The notes under the pieces are model-generated. The model worked only from the letters and a program-made list of their open reading frames with translations. It was not told the origin of the DNA and ran no database searches. Of a stretch of DNA of 37,184 nucleotides, positions 36,331 to 37,184 are shown piece after piece. The translations under genes were made by a program, and so were the position numbers. Location of the stretch: contig NW_021836806.1 of NCBI RefSeq assembly GCF_006345805.1, positions 1 through 37,184 on the forward strand, given 5' to 3'. Origin of the DNA: Octopus sinensis (taxonomy: Eukaryota). Within the stretch, counting starts at the first letter, position 1. Every line of letters starts with the position of its first letter.

Positions 36331-36775
36331 TACTTCTTTATTTATTTTTTATTCTCTCTTCTATTCTTTACCATCTTTGTTACTCCTTAATTGGCACTGA
36401 ACTATCCTCCATCACAACCACCCCCAAAATCCTCGTTCAAAATCCCATTCCTCTCCATCACCTTTATCACCGCCACCACCACCACCACCACCACCACCAC
36501 CGCCACCCAATGGCATCCAACAAACCCACTTCACAACAATTCCTCTTTCAAAAATTTTAAATTTCCTAACCTACCCCATCCCCGTCACTACTGAATCTAT
36601 CCCAATTTATTCGCCATTCCTCCAACTAGTTTCCACTCCACCCTCTGCTAAGTAGTTTCTCTTTTCCCACTAAGAACACCACACCTCTGTCTATGCTCAC
36701 ACTAATTTCTGAAACACGCACACACAGCTACTATATAACATACATACATAATATATATATATCTATATATATATA

Positions 36776-36839
<64 letters not shown>

Positions 36840-37184
36840 CATAGATAGATAGATAGACAGATAGATAGATAGATAGGTATATGAGTATATACATGTATGT
36901 ATATATAGATGTAGGGGATATATATACATATATGTGATAGTTGTGTGTGTGGTGTGTGTGTGTGTGTGGTGTGTGTGTGGTGTGTGTCATGTGGTGTGTG
37001 TGTGTGTGTGTGTGGGAGGTGAGAATTGCAGAGTACCGAGTGACTCAATGTCCGAGAGTCTCGTGTGTTGGCATTATCAAACATACCTATACACGCACAC
37101 ACACACAAACACACACACACACAAATATATTGTGTGTATATATACATACATACATCCATCCATCCATCCATATATAGAATATAT

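Overview
Eukaryotic, AT-rich, repeat-saturated DNA, most likely an intron or intergenic region of an octopus (coleoid cephalopod). The taxon is inferred from recognisable tRNA-derived SINE families and extreme microsatellite density, not proven. No intact protein-coding gene, rRNA, true tRNA or CRISPR array is supported, and nearly all ORFs in the supplied track are translated microsatellites. The window contains about a dozen copies or fragments of a tRNA/CORE-type SINE with an internal microsatellite (called SINE-A here) and about eight of a second tRNA SINE that often occurs as multimers (SINE-B). It also holds a third tRNA/CORE SINE, two hAT (Buster-like) MITE families, two Helitron-type non-autonomous elements, two RTE-like LINE 3' ends, a 5'-truncated R4/Dong-like retrotransposon in (TAA)n, a 250-bp foldback and many nested insertions. 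The most interesting signal is at 111-519: a tRNA-headed SINE-like element whose tail carries a minimal, dimer-type hammerhead ribozyme motif like those of Penelope-like elements, present twice in inverted orientation. A third, degenerate hammerhead motif lies at 13450-13528. A few splice-signal islands are listed as low-confidence exon candidates. Several stretches look like unpolished long-read sequence.
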